Positions 34,663 to 56,299 of a stretch of 64,000 nucleotides of DNA are shown here, in pieces. The stretch is from contig CM120640.1 of assembly GCA_051362555.1 (NCBI GenBank), forward strand, positions 46,602,788 through 46,666,787, written 5' to 3'. The position numbers were made by a program, and so were the translations under genes. Below the pieces are notes generated by a model. It was not told the DNA's origin, did not search any database, and saw only the letters and a program-made list of their open reading frames with translations. Source of the DNA: Lingula anatina. Its lineage: Eukaryota; Animalia; Brachiopoda. Numbering within the stretch: the first letter of the stretch is position 1; each line of letters begins with the position of its first letter.

Positions 34663-36768
34663 TCATCATAATGTCTATATTTTGATATCGTTGAAATCGG
34701 TTCTTCCCACATCTTCAACACCAGAGCTTGTAAATTTGTACGTTAAACTGTGTGTGAAAACATTTGTTGTAACTGCAAAGACTAGGCAGATTTTCCTCCC
34801 AAAATTTCTCTGTTCTAGAAAGAAGCTGAAGTATCTCTTTACCTAGGGAATGGATGTTGATGTTTTTCATCTTATATGCACATTGCATTGGGGTTGTAAG
34901 CAGCTCCACGTTTTCATTTAGTTACCTTGTCTGATAGATGAAACAGTGAAACTTCTTCACAAAGTGGGAAGTTGATATCCGTAGCTTGGTGAATACTAAC
35001 ACCAGAATGACTGGTTGTGTAGTCTAGTGCATACATGACAATGTAAATGTGTCTTTGACGTTTGTTAAAACATAGTGAAATGTTCAAGTGTAATTTGATT
35101 ACAATTTTAAGAAAAAAATTGAAAGATGGTTCCAGGAACTTAAAATATTATGTACATATTGAAAAAGAATGGATGAATGAAAATTTGTCATTGATAATGT
35201 GAAGGATTTTGTCTTAAGAACAATTCTTTATTAAATTGGAAATACATGTACATGTGGACAGCTTTATTCTTTGTACCGAAATGTTATTTTACTGTACTTT
35301 TTATGTATCAACTGAGCATTAGTAAAAATAAACCTTAAGTGCAACTTTTCATGAAACGAAGTTGGAAATTGTTAATTCAAGAGCACTCGGGTAGAGCACA
35401 TTTCTCTACCAAATGGGGAATATTATAGGCACTGAATAAGGTATTTTGTTTATAGTTTTGATTTCGTACATAAAAATTTTTTGTTATAAAAGACATCCTG
35501 CTTTTATATTGGAATTGGAGGAAATTAAAGTTGTGATTTTGTAAACTAAACAGTTGCTGCCAAAATGTTTTATTCATTAAAAATTGAATATGTGTAGTAA
35601 TACACAAACTTGACAGTAGGTCTCATAAAACTTCATTCTTGATGATGAAATAATTTGCAAGCAAAAGCTCATTATACAAGTGCCTAATGGCCGTGTTCAA
35701 ATACAACTGCACATATTATGCTGGTATATGTTTGTATATATATAAATATATATTCAATAACTAAAACCTTTTTCTCCTTTACAAATAGCTGCCATAAAGG
35801 ACTGAAATGGTAAGAGCATACTTGGAATAGGTATGCTCCACTAAATCTCTACACATCAACTCAAACATTTAAAAAGTAAACACTGGCAATGTTACATATA
35901 TAAAGTCACACAAGCTTGAAATAAAATACATATGGAATGATATCGCTGGCTCCTCTGAGATTCATTTTAAAACAAGACTAGAATGAGAAGTTAAATTCAA
36001 AAAGATGTTGAATTGTATTATGGCCTCTTAAAATCAAACTTACATAGAGATAAAAGTGAGATTCACCATTCCAAACGGATAATATTTGCCACTTCACTGA
36101 AAATAAATTATATCCTTAAATGCAAAAAAAAAGAGAGAATGCAGTCTGTAATGACATTTTAAATTCTAAAATGTAAACACTCAACCCAAATTAAAAATAA
36201 CAATACACAATGTATATTTGGTCTCAACAACCTCAAAAATTATAAATATACTTTCTTTTTTTTCATCTATCTGTTTTTGCTATAATTTTAAGATTCCTAC
36301 GGGTTTATACCAAACAACTGCCATTTCCAGTGCTGGCAATTTGATCAAAACTAATAACAATTTTATGGCAAAAACATGTTTCAAAGATTGTCTCAAAAGG
36401 TATATAAGAGCAAAGTATTTAGCTTTTACACTTGTGACACATACCAAAGTTTACAAATCTGTTTGAAAAAGCAAAAAACAAACAATCAAAAAAACTGAAG
36501 TTGAAGCCTAAATTATAAATATTTCATAACTTTAAATCAAACCACCAATGAGAACAAAAATAAATAAAAATAAACCTACAAGTCACTGGATTCAGATCAA
36601 AATGGGAATGTTTCTGTTTCTTGTCATGTAATAATGCATGTTATACCAAGTTAATTGACACATTTTCTTTTTGAAAATTTGTTCCATGTCTACTTGTTTT
36701 ATCAAACCCATACATTCATCAAATTAGCTGCCTTACAGGTTTGCTGCATAATTAATTATCATTCTCTA

Positions 36769-44041
<7,273 letters not shown>

Positions 44042-44989
44042 CTCTTACAGGCTGCTTAATCACAATTAATGAGAATGCTTTCAAAATAAGTGATGACTGA
44101 TAAGATGGAATTCTAAGATTCTAACTGGAATGCTGGTTCAGGTGGAATGAAGATGAAGAAATGCTGATCAAACCTGAAAGTTATAAGTATTTCTTGTTAT
44201 ATGACTATAATAATCATTGAATATACATGTAGTGTGCTGTCTTTCTTGTGCCCTAATTCATGCACTGTATCTTTATATAATTGCTGACCAAGCTACATGA
44301 CAGAGAAAATGCCATATTGTGAAACATTCATTAAATGTATATAATTTTGTGTACAAAGTACATTTTAAATGACAATTTTAAATAACCAAAAGATGTCCAT
44401 GCATTGACCTAACAGTACACATGTGCCTGCATTGTACATGTACAGAATGCATCAGCTACCAGTAGCTAGCTTGTATGTACTCATAATCATGTCTAGTACT
44501 ATAAAGCAATAGTATAATGCCAATGTGGCAATGACACGTACGATAAAATATATTTATCAGTACTTTACTAGATACACGTGTACATTTGTTTTGAAAAAAT
44601 AATAAATAAAATAAAATTTAAAAAATTATAAACTACGCCGGCCACGGCTTTGTCATAAAGACCAAATTTGAGATACCCTTTCATGAACTCATAGCTGCCT
44701 GGTGTAATACATGTTTTTTTTTTATTATCATGTCATATTAGACCTTCACTGTTAACCGATTTCATATGAAATTTAATGGAATATGACTTTATTATGAGTC
44801 GTGGCATTGCGTAAACTAAAGCATGTAGATCTAACACGAGGTTGCCGGATCCTTGATGCAATCAAAATTTTAAACGTGACAGTTATCCAAAGTTATATTT
44901 TCATACCGATAGTTACCTACTTTACTCATTCTTAAGTAACTGAGCACCATTTACCCCGTAAAATACGTTAAAATCATCAGACTTACTTG

Positions 44990-45346
44990 CTAAATCTGGT
45001 AAACTCTACTGCTTATTTTGCCATCGGTGACCTTGAGTTGAGGCAAGCCCCCTTTTCTAGCCAATCACATAGCTGCACTTAAAATGAACTGGGGGAGCGG
45101 TTAGTGCGTGAGAAGTACAATAATACAACTTTCACTTGCAACTTAAAAGTGCTGATTATCATATGATTAAAGTTCAGATAACATTTTCTATTTAAGTGAC
45201 TTTCATATTAGGTCTTTTTTTAAACTTTATAGAAACAAGCTGTCATTTTCCATTTTTTTCTACTGCAAAACTAAGTGAAACAACGTCCCCTAGCTCTTTC
45301 TAAAATGTGATTTACTTCCGGTGCATTAGGGTGAACATGCATATTA
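44990..45346. promoter_or_regulatory. Shared head-to-head promoter of TDH and XKR
   Basis: About 350 bp separates the putative TDH first exon from the XKR ATG. CCAAT box AGCCAATCA at ~45059 and ETS site ACTTCCGG at ~45315. Confidence 0.55.
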
Positions 45347-48300
45347 ATGGGTAACTCACAGAAGAAAATCGCTTGGAGCAGACGATCCAAACAACAACAA
45401 CGAAAATCATTTTATGATGTTGTCGATGGACCAGGGTTTGATACAGTTGACCATCCACCGGAACACTTATCCTACACTTGTTTGGACGCCCTGTTCACAA
45501 TCTCTTCCGTTATCGGTTACATTGCTGACACAGGCTTTGACATAGCACTCGCTGTAGAATATTGGTATCACAGAGATTTTCTGCTCTTTGGATGGACAGC
45601 TGCATTAATTGTATTACCAAGTATTATACTAACTGTATGCAGTATCAGATTTTATATTTTGGATGCGAAACACAGTGAAGCTCCGCCTGAACATTGTTTA
45701 AGATGGCTGCTGAGAGCAGTGTTTTTGTTGTTGCATTTGGCGCCTGTTATCAGGTATTTTTCCTATGAATTTACTCAAGTATTCCTGTCGTTGTGCTGGA
45801 GTACGATTGAACCAGTGTACATAAGGTGGAAATGATCAAATTGATCCAGTCAACATGTTTTTTGATACATCTAGAACTCTCTGTCGTTTGCTTCTTGAAA
45901 GCTATAGTTGCTGGAGATACTAGGATATATATATACACTTACCATAAATAATGTGCAGAATATGAAGATGGGAGACACAGTGGGTGTTCTGTTTCCCAAT
46001 CAAAAGAGAAGTTTAACATTATTTCCACCTCTAGTACACTGTTTCGGTTTGATCATTTTACGTTTATAAACAACTTTAATGGGCCTGTAAGACATTTGGG
46101 TCCAATAAATAGAGAGCGTTCAAGTTTAGATAAATGCTAAATATCTTTCAATTTGGTTAGATCTACAGAAAATGCAAAATATTTCCTTTTTCAGTAAAAA
46201 ATATTAAATTGATTTATTCATTTGCCTCAACAAATTTGTAACCTGTTTGGCTGAAGGAAACATTTTTCTGGAGAGATCCCAAAAAAAGTATTTAAATTGA
46301 AGTTTTAAAATTCAGTTGTTTTGACCAGTAAAGTAGTAATGCACGAGTGATATATTTTCAACTATTTTATAATCATAACTTAACACTTTATTTCTTTTGA
46401 TTACATATGTGGAATACACTGTCATGTTTATCTTTTTTCCTGCAGCTGTAAATGAGCGATGTCTTTTGTCCTACTTCATGCAGGGACAATTTGGACTGTT
46501 GAACTTTAGTCTCTTTAAGTAGACTAAGTTAACCTCCTTGTTATATATTCTCTAGCTAGTTCTCAAATCTGTGTATGTTACTTATTAGAGATAACAGTAA
46601 AAATTATATTATATATTATCAAGTATCTTTGCACTGAGTACAAGTCAGGATTCAGCTGACTGCTATTCCATCTCAGGGGCGGATTCAGAGATATTTTCTG
46701 ACAGTCTTCCAAAACATCTTTTTGATCAATCCTCCATTTTTGAACGTCTTCCAACAGAAAAAATTAGATACCCGTCAATGTAAACTTGAATATCTGACCG
46801 TCTTCCAGAAGACCCAGAAGACGGGTCCCCATTCCGCCCCTGCATCTGGAATGCCAGTGGAAAGCAAAAGTACTACTACTAATATCTCTTCTAAGGCAGT
46901 GAAAGGGATTTCCCTATCTTGTATATCTAGCTCATACAGTCTCAAGAAATAAGATCCATTTCCATGAAAATCTGTTTGTAATTACAGTATTGATCTTAGA
47001 TAACTCATGGATTGATGTGTCTCAGATCAGTTATAAGCTAGTTAAAAGCTTCTTGTTTAAATGTTCTTGCCTTTTAATTTTTAAAAAATAAACTGTACAT
47101 TATCATGTTTTGTAAATGTAGGTTTTTGTTTCAGGTACATCGAATCAATATACTTTGGTTACAAAAGCAGAAAATGTCATGACAGAAAGGAAAGGGAAAA
47201 GTACTACTACCTCATGTTATTTGAAGATGTTGATTCATCTATGTTAAGGTTATTTGAATGCTTTACTGAGGCAGCACCTCAACTAGTATTACAGTTGTAT
47301 ATTATGATTAACCAGGGGACTGATGAACATTGGCTGAGAGGTGAGATTTGTGCTGTAAAATATTGATAAGATTATTTTACATTGTGGTCATGAGTATAAC
47401 CAATCTTAGATAAGTGGTTAATAGTTCTGTAGAAAGTTCAGTCAGTGTTGATGTTTATTTTATCGAATTCATATTTTGAATATAATAATTGTAATGCATA
47501 CTTTAAGGAAAAACTTATCAGCTCCAGATATAGTATATACCCATTAGAAGAATGCATTTATTAAACATTATTGAAAATATTAGTTTAATACATGAAATTG
47601 AATTGTAATGTTCAGACCCCCCAATTACAAAGTAAAGTGATTAAGGTGCATTGTTTCTTTTTAATATTTCCACTTTCATATTGAACTTATCATAATCTTT
47701 CTTTTATTCAGTAACTCTTCAGATTGGTGCTGTATTTACATCCTGGATATCTCTGAGCTGGTCCATCGTAGCCTACCACAAAGCATTACGTTACTCTCGC
47801 AATGACAAGAAAAATATGGAAATTCCAGGAATCATTCTCATGTTCTTATGGCGTAGCTGTATAATCGCACCACGAGTAATTGTACTTGCTCTGTTCATTG
47901 CAGCATTTGGAATTTATAGCATTATTTTTCCTCTGGTACATTGGATCATCATGACAACCTATTTAATCTCATCAGCTACAAAAGCAGAATTTTGCAAACA
48001 TTTACCAGAGGAGTATCTGTTCAAAGCACTAATGGGAATAGTCTATATATTTTGTTTTATAAATATCTATGAAGGACACACCCGGTTCAGGTACCTATTT
48101 GTATATACATTGGAATATGTAGAAAATGCAGTGCTGATATTATTGTGGTACTTCATGACAGCACAGACAGGTGTTTGGTACCACCTACCAGCACCTATAT
48201 TTGTGTTGTTGCTGTATCCAATGGCTTTGGTGTTCATGACAGTGTATTACCTGCGCTTGCATCCCACTGGTGCCATACACAGGGGGTGTCTGCCATGCCC

Positions 48301-48565
48301 CAACCAAGAATGTTGTGCCAAAGTGACTCACATAAGGGAAAATTATACCAAGGAGTCAAATGGCAGTGTTCTTGAAAGGACAGGTTCAACAAATAGTCAT
48401 CACCGTATGGAACACCGAGAACAGTTACATCATACCGTAAGAGAAGATATAGATACATCAACAGTGGAGTTGAAACCCCAACATACTCCCGAGGAGGAGG
48501 ATATTGGGCCTGAGGAGAACCAAAGCTTTCAACATGATAAATGTATTTACACAACATCACTTTAA
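45347..48565 (+). CDS. XK-related protein (XKR4/6/7 subfamily), putative phospholipid scramblase; 3 exons
   Basis: Exons 45347-45753, 47135-47340, 47712-48565. Multi-pass membrane protein with SMLRLFECFTEAAPQLVLQLYI, SLSWSIVAYHKALR, RVIVLALF, FCFINIYEGHTRFRY, EN and YYLRLHP motifs; C-terminal TTSL is a PDZ-type tail. Which vertebrate paralogue it matches cannot be resolved. Confidence 0.92.
46674..46842. mobile_element. 169-bp MITE with CAGGGGCGGA TIRs and 5-bp TSD CATCT
   Basis: CAGGGGCGGA...TCCGCCCCTG; CATCT at 46669-46673 and 46843-46847; related copies at 49840-50005 and inside HINE copy 2. Confidence 0.8.
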
Positions 48566-49552
48566 AAAGAATGAGACCAATAAAAGAATGTTTTACATCA
48601 ATCACAGCATTAAGTCAGCCTGATTATCTTGAGATTTTTGTACTTATGTTATTGATTGTATTTTGTTTTGCTGATATGTGTAGCTCTCACTTTGCTTTAA
48701 TGTAAAGATGCACAATTTACTGCAGTACTTTTACCAGGATGTTGTTATTTACTTTTCTTCATTTATATATTTAGGTAATTTAATAATTTTACAAAGGAGA
48801 TATGTCATCAGTCTGGACTTCTCAAACTAAACATAAAGTGATAAATAGCTGGTACCATGTGACCATCTCGTCTCAGCCAGTAGAAGGCCAGTAATAATCC
48901 GCCTAATAACATGAATTGTTGTTAATCACAAATCTCTAAGAATTTTTTAGCTTAAATTTTTAAAAATTGGAATATTCCTTAAATCTGAACGAATTTTCTT
49001 GCCTGTAAGTGTCAGAGAAATGTGGACTTCACAGTTTTATTGTATTTTCTTTTCAAGATTTTGGGAAAATAAGATAATAATATTATTATGTATTTTTTAA
49101 GCTCAAATCTTGGATATGACCGAAACTCATATAGAGTACTAGTACTTTGCAGGTTTTGCTCATTGTTTTAGGAAGTTGTTAAATATTAGTGATATTAATA
49201 CGATGCAGAAATATTGTAAAGGTATGTAGTACCTTATTTGCTCCTGTGTGCCAAAGTAAATGTTTGAGTTAAAAACCAATAGGGTTATTAATACTGAATA
49301 TTGTTTAAGTTGAAATGATTATGAGAATACTAAACTTAGTTTCTTCTTCCATTTTAGTCATTAGGTAATACCATTTAAAAATTTTTTTCATGTAGTTAAC
49401 AATAGATATGTTACAGCTTTATCATTTCAAGCTGTAAACATTTTGATTAGCAGCTGAAATTTTATGTACTAGTATAGAATTGTGGATAAATTTTTTTTTG
49501 CCATCTAATCTGTAAAGATTTCTATTTCTATGCTGCCTATGGTGCCTTTTCA

Positions 49553-49709
49553 GGGCTGTAGCAATAGTCTGAAGGCTCAAAAGTCCATAGGGTCATTGAC
49601 CTGAATGTTCACTATAGAACCTTCAGATCAATGAACCCTTGATTAAAAAAACGATGAAAATGTTACCAGTTTTCGTACCAATGAACCTTCGGACTATCAA
49701 GACACCCCC
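49553..49709. mobile_element. Degenerate fold-back MITE with short internal subrepeats
   Basis: ATAGTCTGAAGG near the left end pairs with CCTTCGGACTAT near the right end; repeated CAATGAACC-type units inside. Confidence 0.4.
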
Positions 49710-49839
49710 GTCTTTTCATTGCCCTTGAATAATTTATGCAGTTTGTATACTTCAGATGTGTTGTAGCCATGTTATTAGTTTTACCAAAATGCATTCCCAC
49801 CTTGAAAATTTTGGAGTCATCTCTAAGTTATGCCATTTT

Positions 49840-50005
49840 TAGGGGCAGATTCATAGATATTTTCTGACAGTCTTCCAAATTATCTTTGTTGATCCATCCT
49901 CCATTCTCGACCATCTTCCGACAAAAAAATGGATATTCATCAATGTAAACTTCAAAAATTGACCGTCTTCCAGAAGACCCAGAAGACGGCCTCAATCCGC
50001 CCCTG
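49840..50005. mobile_element. Second copy of the 46674 MITE, in the probable XKR 3' UTR
   Basis: Colinear similarity to 46674-46842, including CCGTCTTCCAGAAGACCCAGAAGACGG and TCCGCCCCTG; flanks ATTTT/ATTAT. Confidence 0.7.
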
Positions 50006-51269
50006 ATTATTACTTTTGCTCATTGCAACTCCCCTGTCATAAATATATTACCCATATGGCTTCCCCCAAGCATCGATACACCCTCATGTTTTTTTTTTTA
50101 ATTATATTTCAAAATTTTCAGGTCTTCGTATTTATAGTGAGGTTTTTAGATAGAAAATAATGTTTAATATACTATTTTTTTACCAGTGGAGTAATGATGC
50201 GAGGTGTAACAGTGCAAACGTAATAGGGCAGGGATGTAAAGGGATGATACAAAAAACCTTAGTTCATGGTGATTGCTCTCTATTATATATAAGTGTTCTT
50301 CATTTATGTACAGACACAGATGTTTGTACCTTCCAATGTGATCGACAAACATTTGGATACTGTACAGACTAAAAGACACTTCTCATAATCTTTGATAACT
50401 TATTCAGTGAACTAACAACGATGTTTGATAACTGTTTTGATGCAAAAGGTGAGTTTGTGATTCATGGTGATTTATCAATGCAATAGCACAGGATTCAAAT
50501 GACTGCCCATGTGCGAAAAACTGCACTGTTTGAAATAAACAAATGTTGAAATTGACAAAGCCTGCCTGTGTTTACCATCTTGTTGATTTGATTTAATTTG
50601 CTTCCTGGTCTCATTTTGAGAAAGTGTATTAGAAATGTTTTGTTGGCTGTATGTATTAAAAGGTACATCCATCCGACTTTGCTTAGAGTAACATTTATTT
50701 TACCTGCATTAAAAATGCAAAATGCATTTAAAATTGTAGGAAGGTTAATTGCAGGTATGCTGTGAGGATATGCTAATTCATGGGCAAAAATGGCCAATTT
50801 AAAAATTTTAATGTCTGTGTTTTGAAGGACAGTTGTAATTTTTCAAAAACAAGGCAATGGTACCAAACAATTATGATACAATTTGTAATCTCGTAAAAAT
50901 TGATATTTTTAATAAAGATCATACCTTGACATATATCTAAAGACTTCTCAGCTTTATTTAGTCTTCAATAATAATAATATATGATATAATAAGTTCTCAT
51001 GCGAGTGGCTATTTATTAGCCTAATTGATATTTTGTTGAATTAAGAGGCTAAAACACAAAGCTTTCTTGAAGACAGCAGAGCGTAAAACTGAATGCATAG
51101 AATGGACCAAAAAAAAAAAAAAAATGAAGTTGAAATTGTGTTTTGACAAATAATATACAAATCTAATGATGATGATTATTTAAGATGAATAACTCAAGAT
51201 TGATAATTTTAGACACCATTCTTATATCATTTCAACAACTATGATGGCCCTCTTCCTCAACAAACTTAT

Positions 51270-51418
51270 TGTCCACGTTACCTGTTGTGCATAATTGAAA
51301 TTTGGTGATGATTTTGCTGTTTAGCACTATGTAGTATTGCATCAAAATTGAGAAATTGGCCCATTTTGTGCATTATTTCCTGCTTTTTGTCTGTACTTAT
51401 GACAGCTTTGGTGCCTTG
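51270..51418 (-). mobile_element. HINE family 1 5' fragment
   Basis: TTTGTCTGTACTTATGACAGCTTTGGTGCCTTG is the reverse complement of the family 5' end; adjacent sequence matches ~15200-15290. Confidence 0.55.
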
Positions 51419-52612
51419 GGTTTTCCTCAAATTGGCACCCTATCACTTTAAATGAACATTAAATCATTTGTTGACAAAGAACTTCACTTTTCTACGTAGT
51501 AATTTTTTATTCAACAAATTAGTACGATAGAAGATAACATTTATTGCAACAAAAACATTTCCTATATTTAAGTTATATTACATTTGATTCATAACAAAAA
51601 TATGTTAAATTGTTTTGATAGAACTTATACTATTTCCTTGTGGAAATGGTTTTGTATGGCTAGAAAAGTAAAAATTATGAACAGAAAAATAGCACCAACA
51701 ATCTAATGCCAAGTTTTCACTGAAAAAATAAAATAAAACATTTAGCAATTGACTATCATGTCTGATTGATTCTTCAACAAAAACACTGCAACAAAAATAT
51801 GGAAAATAATTACAATGGAATGACTGACAAATTGCAATTTACAAATGAAATGTAAAACCAATGCAATTTGTTCTACAGAATTGGTAGAGCATTATTACGT
51901 CATTAATGTGCACCCACTGCATTAATAGTAAAATAAGGGCTCAAACGATAGTTTAATTGGAAATAAGCCATAGGAATCCACTAACAACATTCAAAGTATT
52001 GCATGACTATAACTGTAAGAGTATTTTAAAACTATCTAAAAAGACCAATAGAAGTAAATGCCCATGCAGTCCCTTAACTGTCAAAAAAACGAGCATCAAA
52101 ATAAAAACTGGCATAATAGATTATGGAACCCATTACATTAAGCAAATCCTTAATTCTGATTTTATTGTGTTCAATATCCAGGCTGTTAACATGGATGAGT
52201 GTGTTTGAATCATTAGATTGCACAGGCCAAAATTCAAAAGGCATCGTCACACATTCCTATCCTACACATTCACATATATTCAATTATTTGACACACAATT
52301 CTTCAAAAGGAAGAGTTTCAAAGTCATCTGAAAAGTGACAAGTAGTGAAAAAACTATCTATAAGATAGTTACAATTGCACTTACAAGTAATTACAAACAG
52401 TGATTATTTCAACTAACTTTAAGAGCTACATGTGTGTCAATTGTGTTTATCTTTACGAAGCAATGTTAATTGCACATTTTATATCAGTGTTGCAGGTTTT
52501 TAACAAATTTCCTTTCTGTAATGTTTTTTTCTTGACAGAATGTTTAAATCAATAGAGGACACTTTAATCATAACATTTTCTTCCCACATTCATAAATTGA
52601 GACCAAGCATGA

Positions 52613-54833
52613 TCAGCTTTCTTGTGCATAAATTTTTGGAGTGAACAACCTCTCCAATAAAGCCCTGAGTATATTACCTGGAACCTTCTGATGTTGAACT
52701 ATAAGACTTTCTATACTTGTGTGTACCTAAAATAAAAGTTTTTAGATCTATCAATAACAGGATTACCTTCAAATTTTAATCCACTATAGCATTGTGATAT
52801 TTAGTTTTTACTGTTATTATTTATTTAACTGTTTTTAAAATTTGCTCAATTATTGAGTATTTCAATATATCACATGAAACTTGTGATTTTTTACCTTTTT
52901 TGCAACTTGTTCCACACTAAGGTTTGGATCATAAAGAATAGGATCTCCAATTATGGTCCTGAATTTCAAAATAGGTTTCCATTAGTAATATTAAAGTTAT
53001 ATTTTTTTCTGACTAACCGGTCATTTACAACTAAATCAATAAATAAAACACTGAACCCAAGTACAGGTATGGGTGGAGCAAGGATTTGGGAGTACGAGAA
53101 TATTGCTCCCCCCACCCACCCTGAGGAAAAATTCATTTTGAAAGGTAAATTATGTATCTTTTAACTGACAAGAAAATGATCCAGATAACAATATTTAAGA
53201 AATAAAATTTTAAAATATACTTAATCTGTGCAATATATAATGTCACTATGCCACAAACCTCATTTTGACTGGAAATCCCCCATAAATTGGAACCAGTGGG
53301 AGCCTAGTTCTTTCATAAATCCTCCTCAACCAATCTGAAATGATGCTCATTTCCTTAGGCAATGCTTTAAAAGTACTGGTAGCTGTGTAAATTATTTTCA
53401 TGAAGAGTGTGCTTCAAGAGATTCTTTAACCATTTGTAAAATTATAAGGGTTTCTCACCTTTTCCAAGTCCCAATGATCGGAACGCTTCTCTGCAATTTT
53501 GAGTAAACATTGGAATAATTGGCTAAAATGAGATATCAAAAGACATATCAAATGTTTGCAATAGCATTTATACAGACTGTTTATATCTAATTTGGTAATA
53601 GTAAAAGGCAGTATCACACAAGCACAATATACTGAATAGGACATTGTGTCTGACTAATCAGAAGCCTAGAATTGTACAAGAGGTACAATTATGTAAGATT
53701 ATCATGTTGTTAAGTACTTCAGTAAACAATCAGCCTTGTCATCATTTTTCACTTCAATATTAATTTTGAAATAAGCTTCGAAAATGTCTTTACTAACCAC
53801 TTGTGCGTGTACAGCAATTTTGGCAAACCCTGTTCTTTTCCCCCACTGCAATCCATAGAATTCATCACTAAAGTATGCTTCACGTACTCCACCTATAGGA
53901 CACCGTGACGTTTCCAATTACACAACTTAGTTTTAAACACCTTAAACTTATTCAATCCTCACTGTGTATATTAGTTAAAGAAATGTTTAGAATTTACTTC
54001 TAAATTTCTAAAATTAAGTTTTTAACCAAGTTTATAACCTACTTTTGTGAACGAATTTTCAAATCAAAATTTCATGTTCCTCATAGACTCATTTAAATAA
54101 AAACGTGCCTTTTCTTGCTATATATTTCTGTAACAGAAATACTCTTTATACTCTGATTCAGTAATAATCTAATACCCATACCTGGTGCAATGGCTAAAAG
54201 CTGCCCTTGTTTCATCAGATCTATGCCACTCTGCACTGTCCCTGGTTGAACACAAAATACTTCCATTAACAACTTCCAACCTGAAATGATAAAAATGAAG
54301 GTATAAATGTATGAATGAATTAACATATCAATCAATTTGTCAATACATCAAATTGCCAAAAAACAAATGAATAAATCTACCTTTGTTCAATAATTGCTAT
54401 AAATGTACAAAAACTTTGTACTAAATTTTGAAATATATCATAAGTAACAAATTTTTATTCAATATGAGAACTAGATTTTCCAGGCAAATATGAAAACAAA
54501 CAATAAAAACAAAAGTAAGGTAAAAAAAGAAGGAAAAGGCACATTATTTGCTTTAAGTCACCTGGTATATGAAAAAGAAACCGGTCTCCAACAGCCTGAA
54601 GCTGCCTGTTTTTGTGTAGAATACATTTGGCAATGAGGTAATATATATCAATGGGAATAGCTCCATGATAATAAACTAGGAGTGCAGGTCCCTCAGATGG
54701 AATCTTGTCCAAACCAATGACTTCGTAACCTGAATTTTAAATTACACTGAGATTATAAATATGTACAGATATTAATAAGATTTAATGTGGTCAACAAATT
54801 TTTACCCAATTCTACAGAGAAAAACATATTTTT

Positions 54834-54916
<83 letters not shown>

Positions 54917-55374
54917 ATTTGTTCAGTTCTAAGATAAATGCTGTTATTTCATCAAAGGAATTAATATGATGCAATCAAAATCAACTGCAGTTAAGAAATA
55001 TCTTTAATAAAAACTTGGTTAGCATTTAAATAATAAGAGCATAACACGTTCTGAAATCAGTCTTCACCATGCCAAATATAGCCCTGAGCATCCCATAACG
55101 CTGCCAGTGTTTTCCGTGCACCATTCCAAAAATCTTGAGAATAGGCATCTTTTAATTGGTGTCTCAGTCTGTATATGTGCAGGAATAAAGCCGATGCATA
55201 CAGAAATGCTATTATCATCAAGGGGAGGAGAAATGAGATGATGATCGGATACCACAGCCATGCCAGCCAACGGAGGTAATCAATGTCAAAATACACATCC
55301 AGTTTGTAGAGCCCCCAAAGGTACAGGGCATAGACTTCTGCTGTTGTGTACAGATTGGAGAAGAATGTTGACAT
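52613..55374 (-). CDS. TMEM68: Transmembrane protein 68 (DIESL acyltransferase); 8 coding exons
   Basis: Exons: 55068-55374, 54562-54729, 54182-54280, 53798-53892, 53459-53522, 53259-53334, 52895-52958, 52613-52726. Motifs IWHGYEVIG, YYHGAIPID (HxxxxD acyltransferase), LAIAPGGVREA, WGKRTGFAK, PIIPMFTQN, PIYGGFPVK, HQKVPGNILRALLERL. Confidence 0.95.
54838..54912. repeat. (TA)n microsatellite
   Basis: ~75-bp perfect TA run in a TMEM68 intron. Confidence 0.95.
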
Positions 55375-56299
55375 TTCTGGTCTCCTTGATCCAATCTTTT
55401 ATCTCTTTCATTTACAAGCTGTCCGAAGACAACTGGCCTGTTTTAGTATATAAGGGTAGTCTTCTCCCTTAAATAATCATTGTCTTGGATAGTTTGTAAA
55501 GTCCACTTAAATATAACGCTACTGTCATTTGACTTTCATTTCTTTGGAACAAATCTAAGGTACTTAATATACCATTCCCATGATTTGTGACATTTCTATG
55601 CCCTTAAGCTCCAACCATCACATCTTTCAAACTGTTTTCTGAAATTAAAAATACAAAAAACTTATTTCAGCTATCATCCAGCTGAATGTCCAGTCAATTT
55701 TTGTCGGGTAAAAATTCTTTTACATTACAACTCCATTGTAAGGGGCATAATGAACCCTTCTTAACTAAGATTATAAAACCAATAAAACTTCCCAGGATAT
55801 TGGTCAGGAGCAAGGAAATTCAAATTCTTATAAACCCATTTAACAAACTATGATGCAGCACAAGTATTATGAATAAATGTATCCATTTACCCCAATTTCC
55901 CCCCTTTTCATGGGTTTCTTACAAAACTGCTTAAATGACATTCCCCATTCATATTCCCCACCAACCCCCATTCTAACACTGCAGATAAATGCTTTTAGTT
56001 CTGCTTTTAGTGGAAATGATACCGAGCTGGTACCAGGCAGACACTAAGCAGTAGCACTAAGCGAGCTTTAGCTCAGTTACAACATAATGAAACTCATCAA
56101 ATTCAAAACATATAAAGAAATAACAATTAAAAGTACATGTTGTACCTTACATCCACACTTTTAAAGGGGAGTGACTGACAGGTATTCATGCTTCAAGTCT
56201 TTAACCTTGACCTTGGAAAGCGAAATAGTATTATCTTTTATTCTTTTTTACTTTCCCTCGTAATTTAGAATTATTTTTGATAGTTCTGGTTATATAACA

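Noticed and set aside
48145-48605. Alternative-frame and antisense ORFs over XKR exon 3, and similar ones over PPM1G and TDH exons
   Set aside because: Shadow ORFs of genuine coding exons with no independent signals.
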